A stretch of DNA of 38,885 bases from assembly GCF_001194135.2 (NCBI RefSeq), contig NC_068982.1, positions 64,037,956 to 64,076,840 on the forward strand. The letters run 5' to 3'. Shown here piece after piece: positions 1 through 12,000 of this stretch. The translations under genes were made by a program, and so were the position numbers. Origin of the DNA: Octopus bimaculoides. Lineage: Eukaryota. The notes under the pieces were generated by a model that saw only the letters and a list, made by a program, of their open reading frames with translations, made no database searches and was not told the origin of the DNA. How positions within the stretch are numbered: the first letter of the stretch is position 1; every line of letters starts with the position of its first letter.

Positions 1-372
1 AATGCAAGCGTACCATCATCCATGCGAACACATTTCTCTCCTACAACATCACTATTCTCTCTCCTACACTGTCTTGCAACACGAAATACCTCGAGTCTTT
101 GGTCCTCACGGCGCAGAACATTGGCAAATCTTTCCTTATCTGCTTCCCCTCTGGCTAAATAAACCTGTCGCCTAGCCTCCCTTCTGGCACATTGGTACAA
201 TTCCCTGCTACCACCGTTCTTCCAGTCCTTCCAAGCCTGTTTCTTTTGTCTAATAGCCCTGTCTACCTCCTTGTTCCACCACCACGTTACTCTGGGTCGG
301 GAGGGGACCTTACACCACCCACAAATCTGGTCGGTGGCTTTCAACAGGTTGTCCCGCAGAAATCTCCAATTG
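1..372 (-). mobile_element. RTE-clade LINE fragment (linker between endonuclease and RT), 5'-truncated, runs off the window start
   Basis: Open minus-strand frame with no ATG: NWRFLRDNLLKATDQICGWCKVPSRPRVTWWWNKEVDRAIRQKKQAWKDWK...FRVARQCRRENSDVVGEKCVRMDDG. TWWWN.EV is typical of RTE ORFs. Confidence 0.8.
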
Positions 373-456
373 TGTATGTATATATATATATACACACACA
401 CACATACATTTATATATACACATTTATACACATATATATATATATACACACACATA

Positions 457-2826
457 CAGCGGTGCTGTGTCTTACAAGTTTAATTTGTTCCTTGACAGAG
501 CTCGTAACTCAAACTACTCAAATGTCAAATCAATTTTCTCTATTGAAATGAATTGAAATGGCATTAATCCATTCCAGGCCCCACCAAAGACACTGCAATT
601 CTTTTGTTACATGTTTTTAAATAAGAAAAATGTACTCATAAATGACAAATATTGTATAAAAAAAAAACAATACAATAGAATGGACTACAATAAACTGGTT
701 TATTTGGAGATCAGACAACTTGAGGATGCTGATGAGGTGGAGGAGAAAGGCTGAACTGAATAACTGAAGCTTATTTGCTGATTTTTGCCCTTTTCACAAC
801 ACTTTCCTCACTTTCATCTGCAGCAGTTTTCAATAAAAACCCATCCAATGAGGTCTGTTTTACTCTCCCTTTCAGAATGCTTCTGAAATGAGTTAGGCAA
901 GGTCCTTAAATAGCACTGTTGCATACCCAGTTGCAACTTTTTCTGGGTGTTTCTTTTGAATAAAGCCTGAAAGTTTCTCGCACATTCCCAACATTTCTTT
1001 TATCACACTTGTAGAGATAACCTCCTCCACGTCACCTATTTCCTGCAAAACCTCCATATGCTACTGCATCTGTAGCTCCTCAATTGTCAGTTCCTCGCAG
1101 TGCTCCTCAATGAGCTTTTTAAAAATCACCTTAATCCATGTCTAGGCCCATGGACTTGCTGAGGGATACAATCTCTTCCACCACTGCCACTTCAGGTTTG
1201 AGTCTTTCAAAGTTCATTTCAGACACAAGCTCAGGCTACAGCTTCTTCCACGCAGAGGTCAAGGTCTTCTTTGTAACACCCTGCCAGACCATATCGATAA
1301 TTCTGAGGCATATCACAATGTTATAGTGGTCCTTCCAGAACTCTTGAAGGGTGAGGTTTGTGCTCTCCCTCATCACAAAGCAGTGGCAGAACAGGTGCTT
1401 GGAGAAGAGTTCCTTGAAATTAGAAATCACCATCCCTATTCTGCACCATGGGCTGCAGGATAAGAGTGGTGTTTGGTGGAAGGTAGATAACTTTTATAAA
1501 CTTGAACTTTTCAAGGATGTCATCTTTGAGGTTAGGTGGGTGTGCAAATGCATTGTCCAAGACGAGAAAGGCTTGCAGGGATAGGTTATTTTCCTGGAGA
1601 TATTTCTTAATGTCAGGATCAAAGACCAAATTCATCCACTCCACAAAGAACTGCCTGGTGACCCATGCCCTCTACATAACCTGCAGTTTTTCTTTCAGAA
1701 TCTTATGTGACTTGAAGGCTCTGGAGTTTTGTGAATGATAAACAAGCAGCAGCTTAAACCTGCAGTCACTGCTTGCATTGGTGCACAGTGCGAGAGTTAG
1801 CCTATCCTTCATAGGTTTGTGGCTTGGGATCCTCTTCTCCTCTGCTCTTATATAAGTCCTCCTTGGCATCTTCTGCCAAAAACGTCCTGTCTTGTCACAG
1901 CTGAAGACTTCTTGAGGAGATGTATCCTTTGGCTGTAATCCTCAGCTGCTTTCATATCCACACTCGCTGCCTCACCATGCCTGACAAGGGAGTGAATGCC
2001 AGTCTTCTTTTTAAGATTCTTGAACCAGCCCTGATTGGCTTTAAACAGATTGCCCAATGCCTCTTCTGTACAAGTGTTTGGGGTCTGCTGCAGCAAATCA
2101 GTGTAAATAGCTCGTGCCTTCTTGCAGATTATAGCCTCAATCACAGTATCTCCTGCAAGCTTCTTCTCTGTCAACCACACCATCAGCAGCTTCTCTGTAT
2201 TTTCATAGACAGATGTACACTATTTAAAAATTATTTTAATGCCCTTGGCTGGCATTAGTCTTTATCGACTCCTTCTGCTTCAGCATGGTGCAGATCGTAG
2301 AAGTGCTAGACTCATACTATTTCGCCAAGTCAACTACATGCACACCTTGGTCGTGCTTATCGATAATTTCTTTCTTTAATTCAATGCACATCATCCGTTT
2401 CTTCTTCTCAGCAGTCCTTCACACTCACTTTATTTGGACCCATGATTGGAAAAAGGAAGTTTTGCAAAATAACTGCAAAGCATAACACTGATGCTTCTGT
2501 AGCCTGCAATAACTAAGTAAGCATTTTACCACTTGTCTAGCTAACAATCCACTAGCAGTCTTTGCATTTGCCAACACGTCTGTCTAGCTATCGATCTACT
2601 AATGATCTTCGCACTTGCTAACGTGCATGTCTGTCTAGCTATCGAGTGAGACTCAGGATGCTGGGCAGGTGTTACAGCATTCACTACACCAACTAGTGGT
2701 GGGGTATCTGAAGTTGGCTTGTAACCTGAATTTTAGCTTGCAACTCAAAGTAAAAAATCAACTGAGAGATGGCTCATGTCTCAAAAAATTCCTTAGTTGG
2801 GACACTTGTAAGTCAAGGTACCACTG
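457..2826 (-). mobile_element. Near full-length Tigger/pogo-type DNA transposon with a pseudogenised transposase
   Basis: TIRs cagcggtgctgtgtcttacaagt (457) and, reverse-complemented, cagtggtaccttgacttacaagt (2826), 18/23 identical. TA on the left flank, TG on the right. Broken ORF from ATG 2443 to about 700: HTH/CENP-B part (IELKKEIIDKH, LLMVWLTEKK, FKANQGWF) and DDE_1 part (KDRLTLALCTNA, LVLDNAFAHP, LPPNTT..LQPM). Confidence 0.88.
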
Positions 2827-2839
2827 TGTATATAAATTT

Positions 2840-3152
2840 TTTACCTTTTACTCATTTCAGTCACTAGACTGTGGCCATGCTGGAGCACCACCTTGTAGGA
2901 ATTTAGTCAAATGAATTGACCCAAGTACTTTTCTTTAAAGCCTGATACTCATTCTACTGGTCTCTTCTGCTAAGCTGTTTAGTTACAGGGACATAAACAC
3001 ACCTTCACCAGTTCTCAAGCTAAGATGGGACAGGGGGCAAATATACACAAACACACACACACATATATATATATAAAACAGATTTCTTTCAGTTTCCATC
3101 TACCAAATCCACTCACAAGGCTTTCGTTGAGCTGAGGCTATAATAGAAGACT
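2840..3152 (-). mobile_element. SINE family A (central CA/TA microsatellite), decayed, head missing
   Basis: Shares ggccatgctggagcacc and ttctttcagtttccatctaccaaatccactcacaaggc with the other copies. Confidence 0.75.
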
Positions 3153-4543
3153 TGTTCGCAACATTTTAACAGCATAGCAGAAAAATATCATTAGATTCTT
3201 GTCTGTTTGATATACAGAGGCTTCTGACTATATTGCATCCCATTGGACATTCTCCAGTAATCCAAGTATAAAGCATTTCTCTACTGGCAGAGAAAACACT
3301 ATCACTAACTCATTAAATAATTTTAAAATGGATTTGAACATTTTACATGATGGAAGAAGCAGTACTGTTGACTAGTGTGTGCAGGATACATTCCTCCAAT
3401 GATACTATCAAAGCTTATATCAGACTTGCCTTTCACAGAGGCACTTTGCATTTTTCATCTCCATTGTTTATTGTCCATACAAAATAGAATGGAACTGATA
3501 ATCCAGCAATTATTTTGTGAAGGGAACAAATTAGCACATGAAAAAGGCTGGAAGTATTTAACTAAGAGACTGATTAAGTCAATTCGCTTAATAAAAACCT
3601 GGCTGATTGAAAAGATTTATAATATTACTATTCTAGCAGAAACGTACTTTACTGATACTTGGTTTTCGAAAAGTTTTTCATCATGTGTGACATGGAATGT
3701 GGTTTATTACAAGAAAATATAAAATTAGCTTACCAATAGTAAATGCAATAAAAATAGTACAAAAAGTTTAGTTTTCATTAAAAATTTTATCATGTAACTG
3801 ATTTAAAACAAGTTCATGCCTGCTGGCAGTGTATTCGTTCACCAAAACTTTTCAATCTTTATAGAAAATACGATAGAATCCCATGAATTTCTTGGAGTAA
3901 ATATTGACATAGGATAAGGGGAGAGTTATCTCCGCTTCACTACTGATATTAATTGAAATAAGTGTTGAAAAAAAAAAAGGCCAAATAATTAACTGATTAA
4001 AACAATTTCCACTTCAATTGCAAAATAACAGATCAAACCAGCTGGACTGAAGAAACCTCAGAGATGTTAACAAAATTAAACCTGTATAACTTACAGAAAT
4101 GTGCTACTGTCGACTTTCCTCACAACTCTTTTTAAGATGTAATGAAATTTTCCAGACAAATATTTTTCGATGGTATAGATTACGATTATGTTGGGGAAAA
4201 GTTGCATAGAAAGAATTTTGGTGGAGATTCATTTAACTCCCCGTCCCCTGTCATTTTCCATATTTTGCTCAGGAAAGAAATGTTGACAGGTGAGTACAAA
4301 GTTAACACTTTAATTATTGAATAGATATTTGCAGGCAAATTTGTTGAGGAAAAAAAAAATCAAACACTGAAGGAAGGATAAATGGAAATTTGCCTCCCAC
4401 TTTTGTTTTTTTGTTTTTTAATTTTACCAATTCCACTCTTAGAAAAAAACCAAAAAAACATTAAAACCAATATGCCTACAATTTTTGGTAAATAATCTAA
4501 ACCATCTAAAATTTTCTTGAAACTCCACCAATCAAAAAACTTT

Positions 4544-4726
4544 NNNNNNNNNNNNNNNNNNNNNNNNNNNNNNNNNNNNNNNNNNNNNNNNNNNNNNNNN
4601 NNNNNNNNNNNNNNNNNNNNNNNNNNNNNNNNNNNNNNNNNNNNNNNNNNNNNNNNNNNNNNNNNNNNNNNNNNNNNNNNNNNNNNNNNNNNNNNNNNNN
4701 NNNNNNNNNNNNNNNNNNNNNNNNNN
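4544..4726. other. Assembly gap (further gaps at 22247-22544, 30049-30300 and 33565-33828)
   Basis: Runs of N. Confidence 1.
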
Positions 4727-4990
4727 TGTAGGAAGTGAATATGAAAACAAAAATGCGCGGAAAGCAACGGGCGGGGGGAGGATTTCGGAAAATTCACAGG
4801 ATCCGAGTTATTCCCTTGTAACTTTAAGGAAAATGGATATCTTTTAATGAAATTGTATAATATAATATACACACACACGTACCTTTCAAACGGCATGCAT
4901 TACGGATACCTTGTGTCGCAAACCCCGTATTTTTGTTCGGAAAAAGGGTGGAGGAAGAAACCGGATTTATTGGAAATGTTCTTTTTTTTC
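4727..4990. promoter_or_regulatory. CpG-rich candidate promoter / first-exon region of NELFE
   Basis: About 13 CpGs in ~250 bp including gcgcgg and gggcggggggagg. CpGs stay frequent up to about 6500, in contrast to the CpG-poor unique intronic DNA. About 1 kb upstream of the ATG. No TSS evidence. Confidence 0.45.
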
Positions 4991-5976
4991 TTTTTTGTTT
5001 TGCGATGAATGAATTACAGTGACCTAATATGCCACAATATTTTTTTAGAACTTTTTCTAACATAATTGTAATCTACACCATACCATCTGAAATGTATGTC
5101 TGAAAATTTTGATTATTGTATTTCACAGAAAGTTAAGTGGAAACAAAGCCGATGGGGTGCAACACTTCTGTAGTTCATACTACTACTACATTGTTTTTGA
5201 AAATTCAAGGTTTTACATTTTTTTTAAACGATAATAGTAATTTCACGAGAACTCTGGGTACGAATGATGGATGCAAGATGCTGAAAACGAGAATATTATA
5301 CATAAACTGAAGATCGAAGTAATGAGAGTAATAAGAACGAAATAGTTGAAAATACTGTAAACGACATTTACTCTTCAGTCAGTTATTTTGTATAACGGAA
5401 AATAAAGTTGGTCTGGTAAGCCCACATCCTAGCTCTAACATGATCAACAACAATCCTTTAATAAAAGAAGTACATGAAGACAACATGAAAATAATAGTGG
5501 TCATAAAGTACGAGATCGGTTGATGACCAGAGAAAAAGGAAGTTGTGTTTCTTGCTATACACTTTATGGATTTTCTCTGAGTGAGACACTTTTCTCACCA
5601 CTTCCCTTCCCTAGAAACAGGAAGAAAAGTGGTATAATTATAACCAAAAATAACAGTAAGAGGAAATGTAAAAACCTGAAAGTAAACAAGCCGGGCTTGA
5701 TACAGACATTGAAGTAACTCATGCCTCATAGTTCCTTCCAGTCTTTATCTCAAATTCTGTATAAGTCTTAATAATTAAAATATAATAATTTCTCATAAAA
5801 TTATTTTATCAGAAATAACTTCAAGTAAACAGACTGAGAGGACTTAACAACGGGATGAATATGCTGAATATGCTTTGCTTTTACTGAAGAGCGCTAAAAT
5901 AACCCATCTTCTCTCTCTCCCTGAAAGAAGAGTTATTATTAAACAGTGACGATTTCTTGTTCGAAATAAATTTAAA

Positions 5977-6051
5977 ATGATTAATTTTCCGTCTGCACTT
6001 ACTGACGAAGAAGAGTTTCTGAAACAAAAATATGCAAAACTTCGAAAGAAG
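5977..6051 (+). CDS. NELFE: NELFE coding exon 1 (MINFPSALTDEEEFLKQKYAKLRKK)
   Basis: ATG at 5977, 25 codons, donor GTTAGT at 6052, phase 0. A pyrimidine tract and AG near 5905-5930 suggest an upstream non-coding exon. Confidence 0.92.
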
Positions 6052-8714
6052 GTTAGTTATTATGTGACTACGAATATTCTGTATCTTTTGTGACTGAATG
6101 TTTATAAAATTATGATAAGAAAGACTGTCTAATATTCGTTAAATCTAAAATAAACTTTAAAATGTATGTATTTAATAATCATTGTGAATATATATTTATT
6201 GGCATGATATTTGTTATTGTCTTCGACAAATTCATGCTCTTCTTGTTAAACCGTATCACTTTATTAAGATTAATCATTTTAATTGGTAGAGATTGCGGAA
6301 TCTGAAACACTACATGGCTCAATTATTGAACAAAAAAATTAATTTCAACTATACAATACTCTATATTACCGATACGTTGAAATTATAAAGTGAAATGTCA
6401 AATAATTTGAGTCTCATGTTTCAATATCAATAGATGATTACTCTTTACGAACCAGTTCTTAAGGATGTCTCGGGACTTCTATCTTACATGCTAGTTGTTT
6501 GTCAGTCTCCATGTGGACGTAACAATTAACCTACTTTTTCACTTGCCAACTGTGCTGTGTTTTTCTTTCTACGGAGATTACATTTAATGTCTGTGCTTGT
6601 TTTATATGCTAGACTTTATTAAATGTTCCTATCCTACTCATACTTCAGCAGTTCTGATGTTAAAGTATTATTAACGTATGTAGCAGACACAACACTTGGA
6701 TTACAGAGGCCACAGACATAGTAATAGACAGACGGAGCCTCAATAGAAAACACGAATGGAACAATAAAACCCACCACACTATGCAACAAGACGACTAAAG
6801 AAAGAATGGGAGAAAAAGTCAGACATAGTTGTTGGCACTCCGTCGCTTACGACATCGAGGGTTCCAGTTGATCCGATCAACGGAACAGCCTGCTCGTGAA
6901 ATTAACGTGCAAGTGGCTGAGCACTCCACAGACACGTGTACCCTTAACGTAGTTTCGGGGATATTCAGCGTGACACAGTGTGACAAGGCTGACCTTTTGA
7001 ATTACAGGCACAACAGAAATAGAAAGTAAGAGAAAGTTGTGGTGGAAGAGTACAGCAGGGTTCGCCACCATCCCCTGCCGGAGCCTCGTGGAGTTTTAGG
7101 TGTTTTCGCTCAATAAACACTCACAACGCCCTGTCTGGGAATCGAAACCGCGAGTCCGCTGCCCTAACCACTCGGCCATTGCGCCTCCACCAGTGAGACA
7201 TAGATACAAACGACATAATACATTTTTCCAGTTGCAAAAATCAGTTGCTCCAAATTAGTGAAAATGGGCTAAATAGTAACAGGGAAATGGCATTTTTGCC
7301 TCTATACATAGAGTAGATGATGGAATGTTTAAAGTCTTGTTTATGCTGTTACAATTTGTACTTTTGCGTCGATGTCACCAGGAACAAAACCTATTACATA
7401 TAGAGAGCTGTTGTATAATACATTTGTTTTTATTCTATACAGAAAAAAGCTTTGCAGGCCATGAGGATTGCCAAACCAGAAAGCCAAACTGTTAACACTC
7501 CACCTGTAAAACGACGTAAGTTAGCATTAAAAACTATTTTACATTTACAGCATATTTGGGCTAAATTTGATGATTCTTTGTCTCCTTTGTGCAGGAACAG
7601 CTTGATATATTGGTGCATAGTCAATGGCATTAGAGAGCATAAACATTAAGTTTGTAGTTGACAAAAAGTTAGCTGACATGGAGGACTTGAAGCCATCTGA
7701 ATATTGGAAGAAAGTTACCTGTATCGTAATGATTCACTCTAGGTATCAAAATGTTGACATCATGACTGCTGCTCAATGTTCCATGAACACTTAATGGCTG
7801 TAAGACATGATATGGACGTCATGAAAACCTAGTTCTCCAAAACAGAGATGGCCTTTGGTTGTGTCTCCAGTGAAGGTGATGTCATGCAATCTTTGAACAG
7901 GGCCTTACACTCAATTAAGAATGTGAAACTGCTGGAGACTGTGGTTAAACCCTGGCTGGAGAGGGTTTCTGCTAGTAGGCCATATGTGTGTGGCAGCAGG
8001 ATTCAGCTTCTTGCCATATCTCTGGAAAGAATCAGAATTTCTATGACTTCATCAGCCCCAATTTCTGGCCTCTTAATTCCCCAACTGTAATCTCATGGAT
8101 TATTATGTGTAGTGTGCTGTTGAGAAAGACACCAACAACACTACCTGCAGCACTAAGGCCAAGCTAGTGACCAAGGTGAAGGAGATGCTCAAAAATCTTC
8201 CCAGGGACACAGGAACATGTGCACCAGGTTCTGAGGGCTGTCTTGTGGCTGTGGTGGAAGCTGAGGGTGGCTTGTTTGAGTAAACCAGCCAGAGTCTAGT
8301 TGATTAAAAAATTTTTTTTTAGATACTTTAATTTTTGGATGGGATGTTGTGCTTTCTTTTCCTTTACTGCAAAATGTCAAATTTAGCCTGAACACTGTAT
8401 TTTCTCATATTATCAAAAGTGGGATAGCTTTGTTAAAACAATAATAATATTTAGATGTTCGATGAATTTGTTGTGAAGTAAAAGGGATTGGTTTGTTTGT
8501 TTCATAAACTGTAACTAGTCGCTACCTTTACCAGAAAACCCATACTTCAACTATGAATATTAACAGTATTCAAACACTGAAAAAAAACTTCATTTCCCTA
8601 TTCATTTTGGGAAAATTTTATAAAGAGAAAAATGTAATAAGTTATTTTTTCTCAGGAATAGTCTCTGGAGTTAAATTTTATTTTATATTCTGACAAATTC
8701 TCAAAGCTGGACAT

Positions 8715-8785
<71 letters not shown>

Positions 8786-9036
8786 CATACACATACATGC
8801 ATGCACACACACTCATTGTTTTTTTTTCTAAAAATTGCTTTATAGCTGGCTGAAGCAAAAAATATCTTTTGAATTCTTTTATTCTTTTACTTGTTTCAGT
8901 CATTTGACTGCAGCCATGACTCCGGGACTTATTCTTTGTAAGCCTAGTACTTATTCTATCAGTCTCCTTTGCCGAACTGCTAAGTTACGGGGATGTAAAC
9001 ACACCATCAGCTGTCAAGCGATGTCGGTGGGGATAA

Positions 9037-9088
<52 letters not shown>

Positions 9089-12000
9089 GACAGGCTTCTT
9101 TCAGTTTCCGTCTACCAAATCCACTCACAAGGCTCTGGTCGGCCTGAGGCTATAGTAGAAGACACTTGCTCAAGGTGCCATGCAGTGGGATTGAACCTGG
9201 AACCATGTGGTTGGTAAGCAAGCTACTTAGCACACAGCCACTCCTGTACCTACATTGGAAATGTTTTGATAAATATCTTACTATCACAGTTCAATTGTTG
9301 CAATTCTATATATCTTACTAGTACTTACTTAAGTTTATTTTTATCAGTTTGTGTTTTGTAAGAAACAAACTCTTCTGTTGAATAAATTTCCATATTCATT
9401 ACTGATTTACTATGTACAACAGATGAAAGGTAAGCTTTTGGTGAGCTAAATTCACTATTGCTAGAATGTTTATTTCATTTTATTGGCATTGTTAAATCCC
9501 TTGGAAGGTCTATGAATGTTTCAGGTCATATTTCTCTGAGTGAAGTAAATCACCATTACCATAAAACTTTCAGCATATAAAGTCAAACAATAGACTCTTT
9601 AGTGTATATGCATTAGATGAATAAAATTTTGATTAATTGATTTTAGAATAACTATTGTTTAATTTCATTATGTATTTTCAGCTTCAGAATCTTCTGCTGA
9701 TGCCTTGGAACATGCTAAAAGACTTTTAAAATCTGGTGTAAGAGAAATTATTATTGCGTGTTTTCAACTTAATTAGGTCATTTCTGCTAGTAGTACTGCT
9801 ATCACTTTCATTGTATGCTTTCAAATATACAAGACTCTCCAGTTGTCTTTTTTTTTTCTCACAATGTGTATCAACCTTACCTTATTAAAACATATGACTG
9901 TTCCATCCTCAGAACATTTCAGACCTTATATTTAACATTTCAAAAATGCTAGATATAGTTGTGAGCAATCACTTCTTTTCTCATTTTAAGTCTCTTAAAG
10001 ACTTTACTGAAAGCATTGATTGGGCTTGAGCCATTTCTTATTTCTTGAATTGAATGTTTCCTGTCAGATTGCTGCTCAACTGTAACGTGGATTGATAGCC
10101 TTTCACCAGCCTGTATTTTATTAACATTGAACCTCAAGGTTCAGTTATGATACAATCTGGTCGCTGTTACCTCTAACCATATACACTTTTATGCAGAGGA
10201 TGCCACCATTAACCTTCAATATTTTTCTGAATACCCTAGATTTAGGGGAACTTTTTATAATAGAGTTAATGCCCCTAGAACTTGAACATTTTGTACAGGT
10301 AAAGGGTAAAGACCCCCTTTGGTCATAAATGACTATGGGATTGCACCTAGAAAGTTCCCCTTTGAGGCACAAGTCCAGGCATGGTTGTTTATGGAAGACT
10401 AGCAGTCACCCATGCATACCAGCCTTCCCTCTGCATGCCACTTATGTCATCCAAGGGAAAGGGAAAGGCAAAGGCTGATACAGCTTGGTACTAGTAATGT
10501 TGCAACTCGTTTCTACAGCTGAGTAAACTGGAGCAACGTGAAATAAAGTGTCTTGCTCAAGAACACAACATACAGCCTTGTCTTGGAGTTGAACTCACTA
10601 CCTCATGATTGTAAGCCTGACACTCTAACCACTGAGCCATGCATTTTCACAATATTTTGTAAAGAGCAAATATATGGACATGTTAAAACTTCAAAATCCT
10701 AAATATTGCAAACTGGTTGAATGAGTCAACTTGCACCATAGGAATGTGATTTTGTTGGTTAAGCACATTAGCCCTCTCTGAAGTCATTTTTCTTGGTAAT
10801 CCTGGTGTTCACAAAGCTTCTTTGTTGTCCCACTTCCCTTGCACTGACACTGCTGGAACTGAAACCAAATGTTTTAGCATTTTAAAAGCTTCACAACAGA
10901 TGATATCATCAAGAGTGTTTTGAGTGTGTTGTTGCTGCTGCTTATCACACTCAAAACCCTCTTGATCTATTTTTTTAACTTCAAAGCTTTTACCAAAATA
11001 TTTCTGTTGAAATGTATTGGATTATCCACCCTTTGCCTAATCATGGCACTTTGACTTCACTCACAACTCATCTGAAACAGCTAAGGTGACCAAAGCTATT
11101 CTTTTATGTCTCTTCCTTCACATCCATCACACAACTAAAACCTATACCCTGAATATAGGCTTTAGTTTAATTACAGCTGTATAAGGTGAAGTACTCTTCC
11201 TCCAACATGTCTCTACCAGGCACTTTTTATCCACCTTGATTCCTTTGTGTATTGAACAATCTACAAGCTCTTCCATCTAAATTGCAGCTAGCCCTTCATT
11301 TCTCTTCATCATCTTCCTTTGACCAACTTATAGTTGGTTGGAACTCTACTGACAATCCCTTTCCACACCACATGGTCCTGCATTGCTATGTTCAGATCTC
11401 TAATATCCAGCCCTGAGTCCCAAGATATAGTATTTGGAAATGTCAGTTTCCTGGAGAAAACACTTCCAGAGGGATGCCATAGGAGCAGGGATGAGATAAC
11501 CTCTTTCTCTGCTTGATGACAGTGGTCAGCAAATTGTAGCCATTTCTGCTTTAGCTTGAGGAATATTGGTATCAGATTTCCATAGATGTTAATAAGTGTT
11601 GGGTGTGATCTCCAACTGATGTTCTGTATCTTTCTGAGCAGGTTGGTATATGTTCCATCTAGTTGTTTTTCTAAGAGAGCCGATAAGGTCCAGGTATCTG
11701 ATCCATAGAAGAGGACTGGCTCAGTCAGTGTTCTAAATATTTTAACTTTTAAAGTGGGTGGAAGGCTTGAGTGTCAGATCTTATCAAATCTGTTACATGC
11801 ATCTCAAGCAAGAGCTTGGAAAGCTCATTTCCCTTAGCAAGAGGATTTGTACCAATTTTATAGAATACTCTTACCTACCACTACTCAATGAAAACTTATC
11901 AGTACTCTTGCAGAAAAATCTCCCACATTTACTCTCTTTACTCTTTTACTTGTTTCAGTCATTTGACTGCGGCCATACTGGAGTACTGCCTTTAGTCGAA

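Noticed and set aside
192-551. ORFs with HT/YI/VC runs (also 8652-8903, 8835-9155, 20844-21095, 38323-38694 in part)
   Set aside because: Translations of CA/TA microsatellites and SINE sequence, not proteins.
3375-4324. Possible exons of a gene divergent from NELFE (ORFs 3375-3722 and 4142-4324)
   Set aside because: No recognisable domain and no consistent splice-site pairs on the minus strand.
4360-4896. Long ORFs containing X runs (also around 22160-22612, 29948-30393, 33512-33847)
   Set aside because: They are open only because they cross N-gaps.
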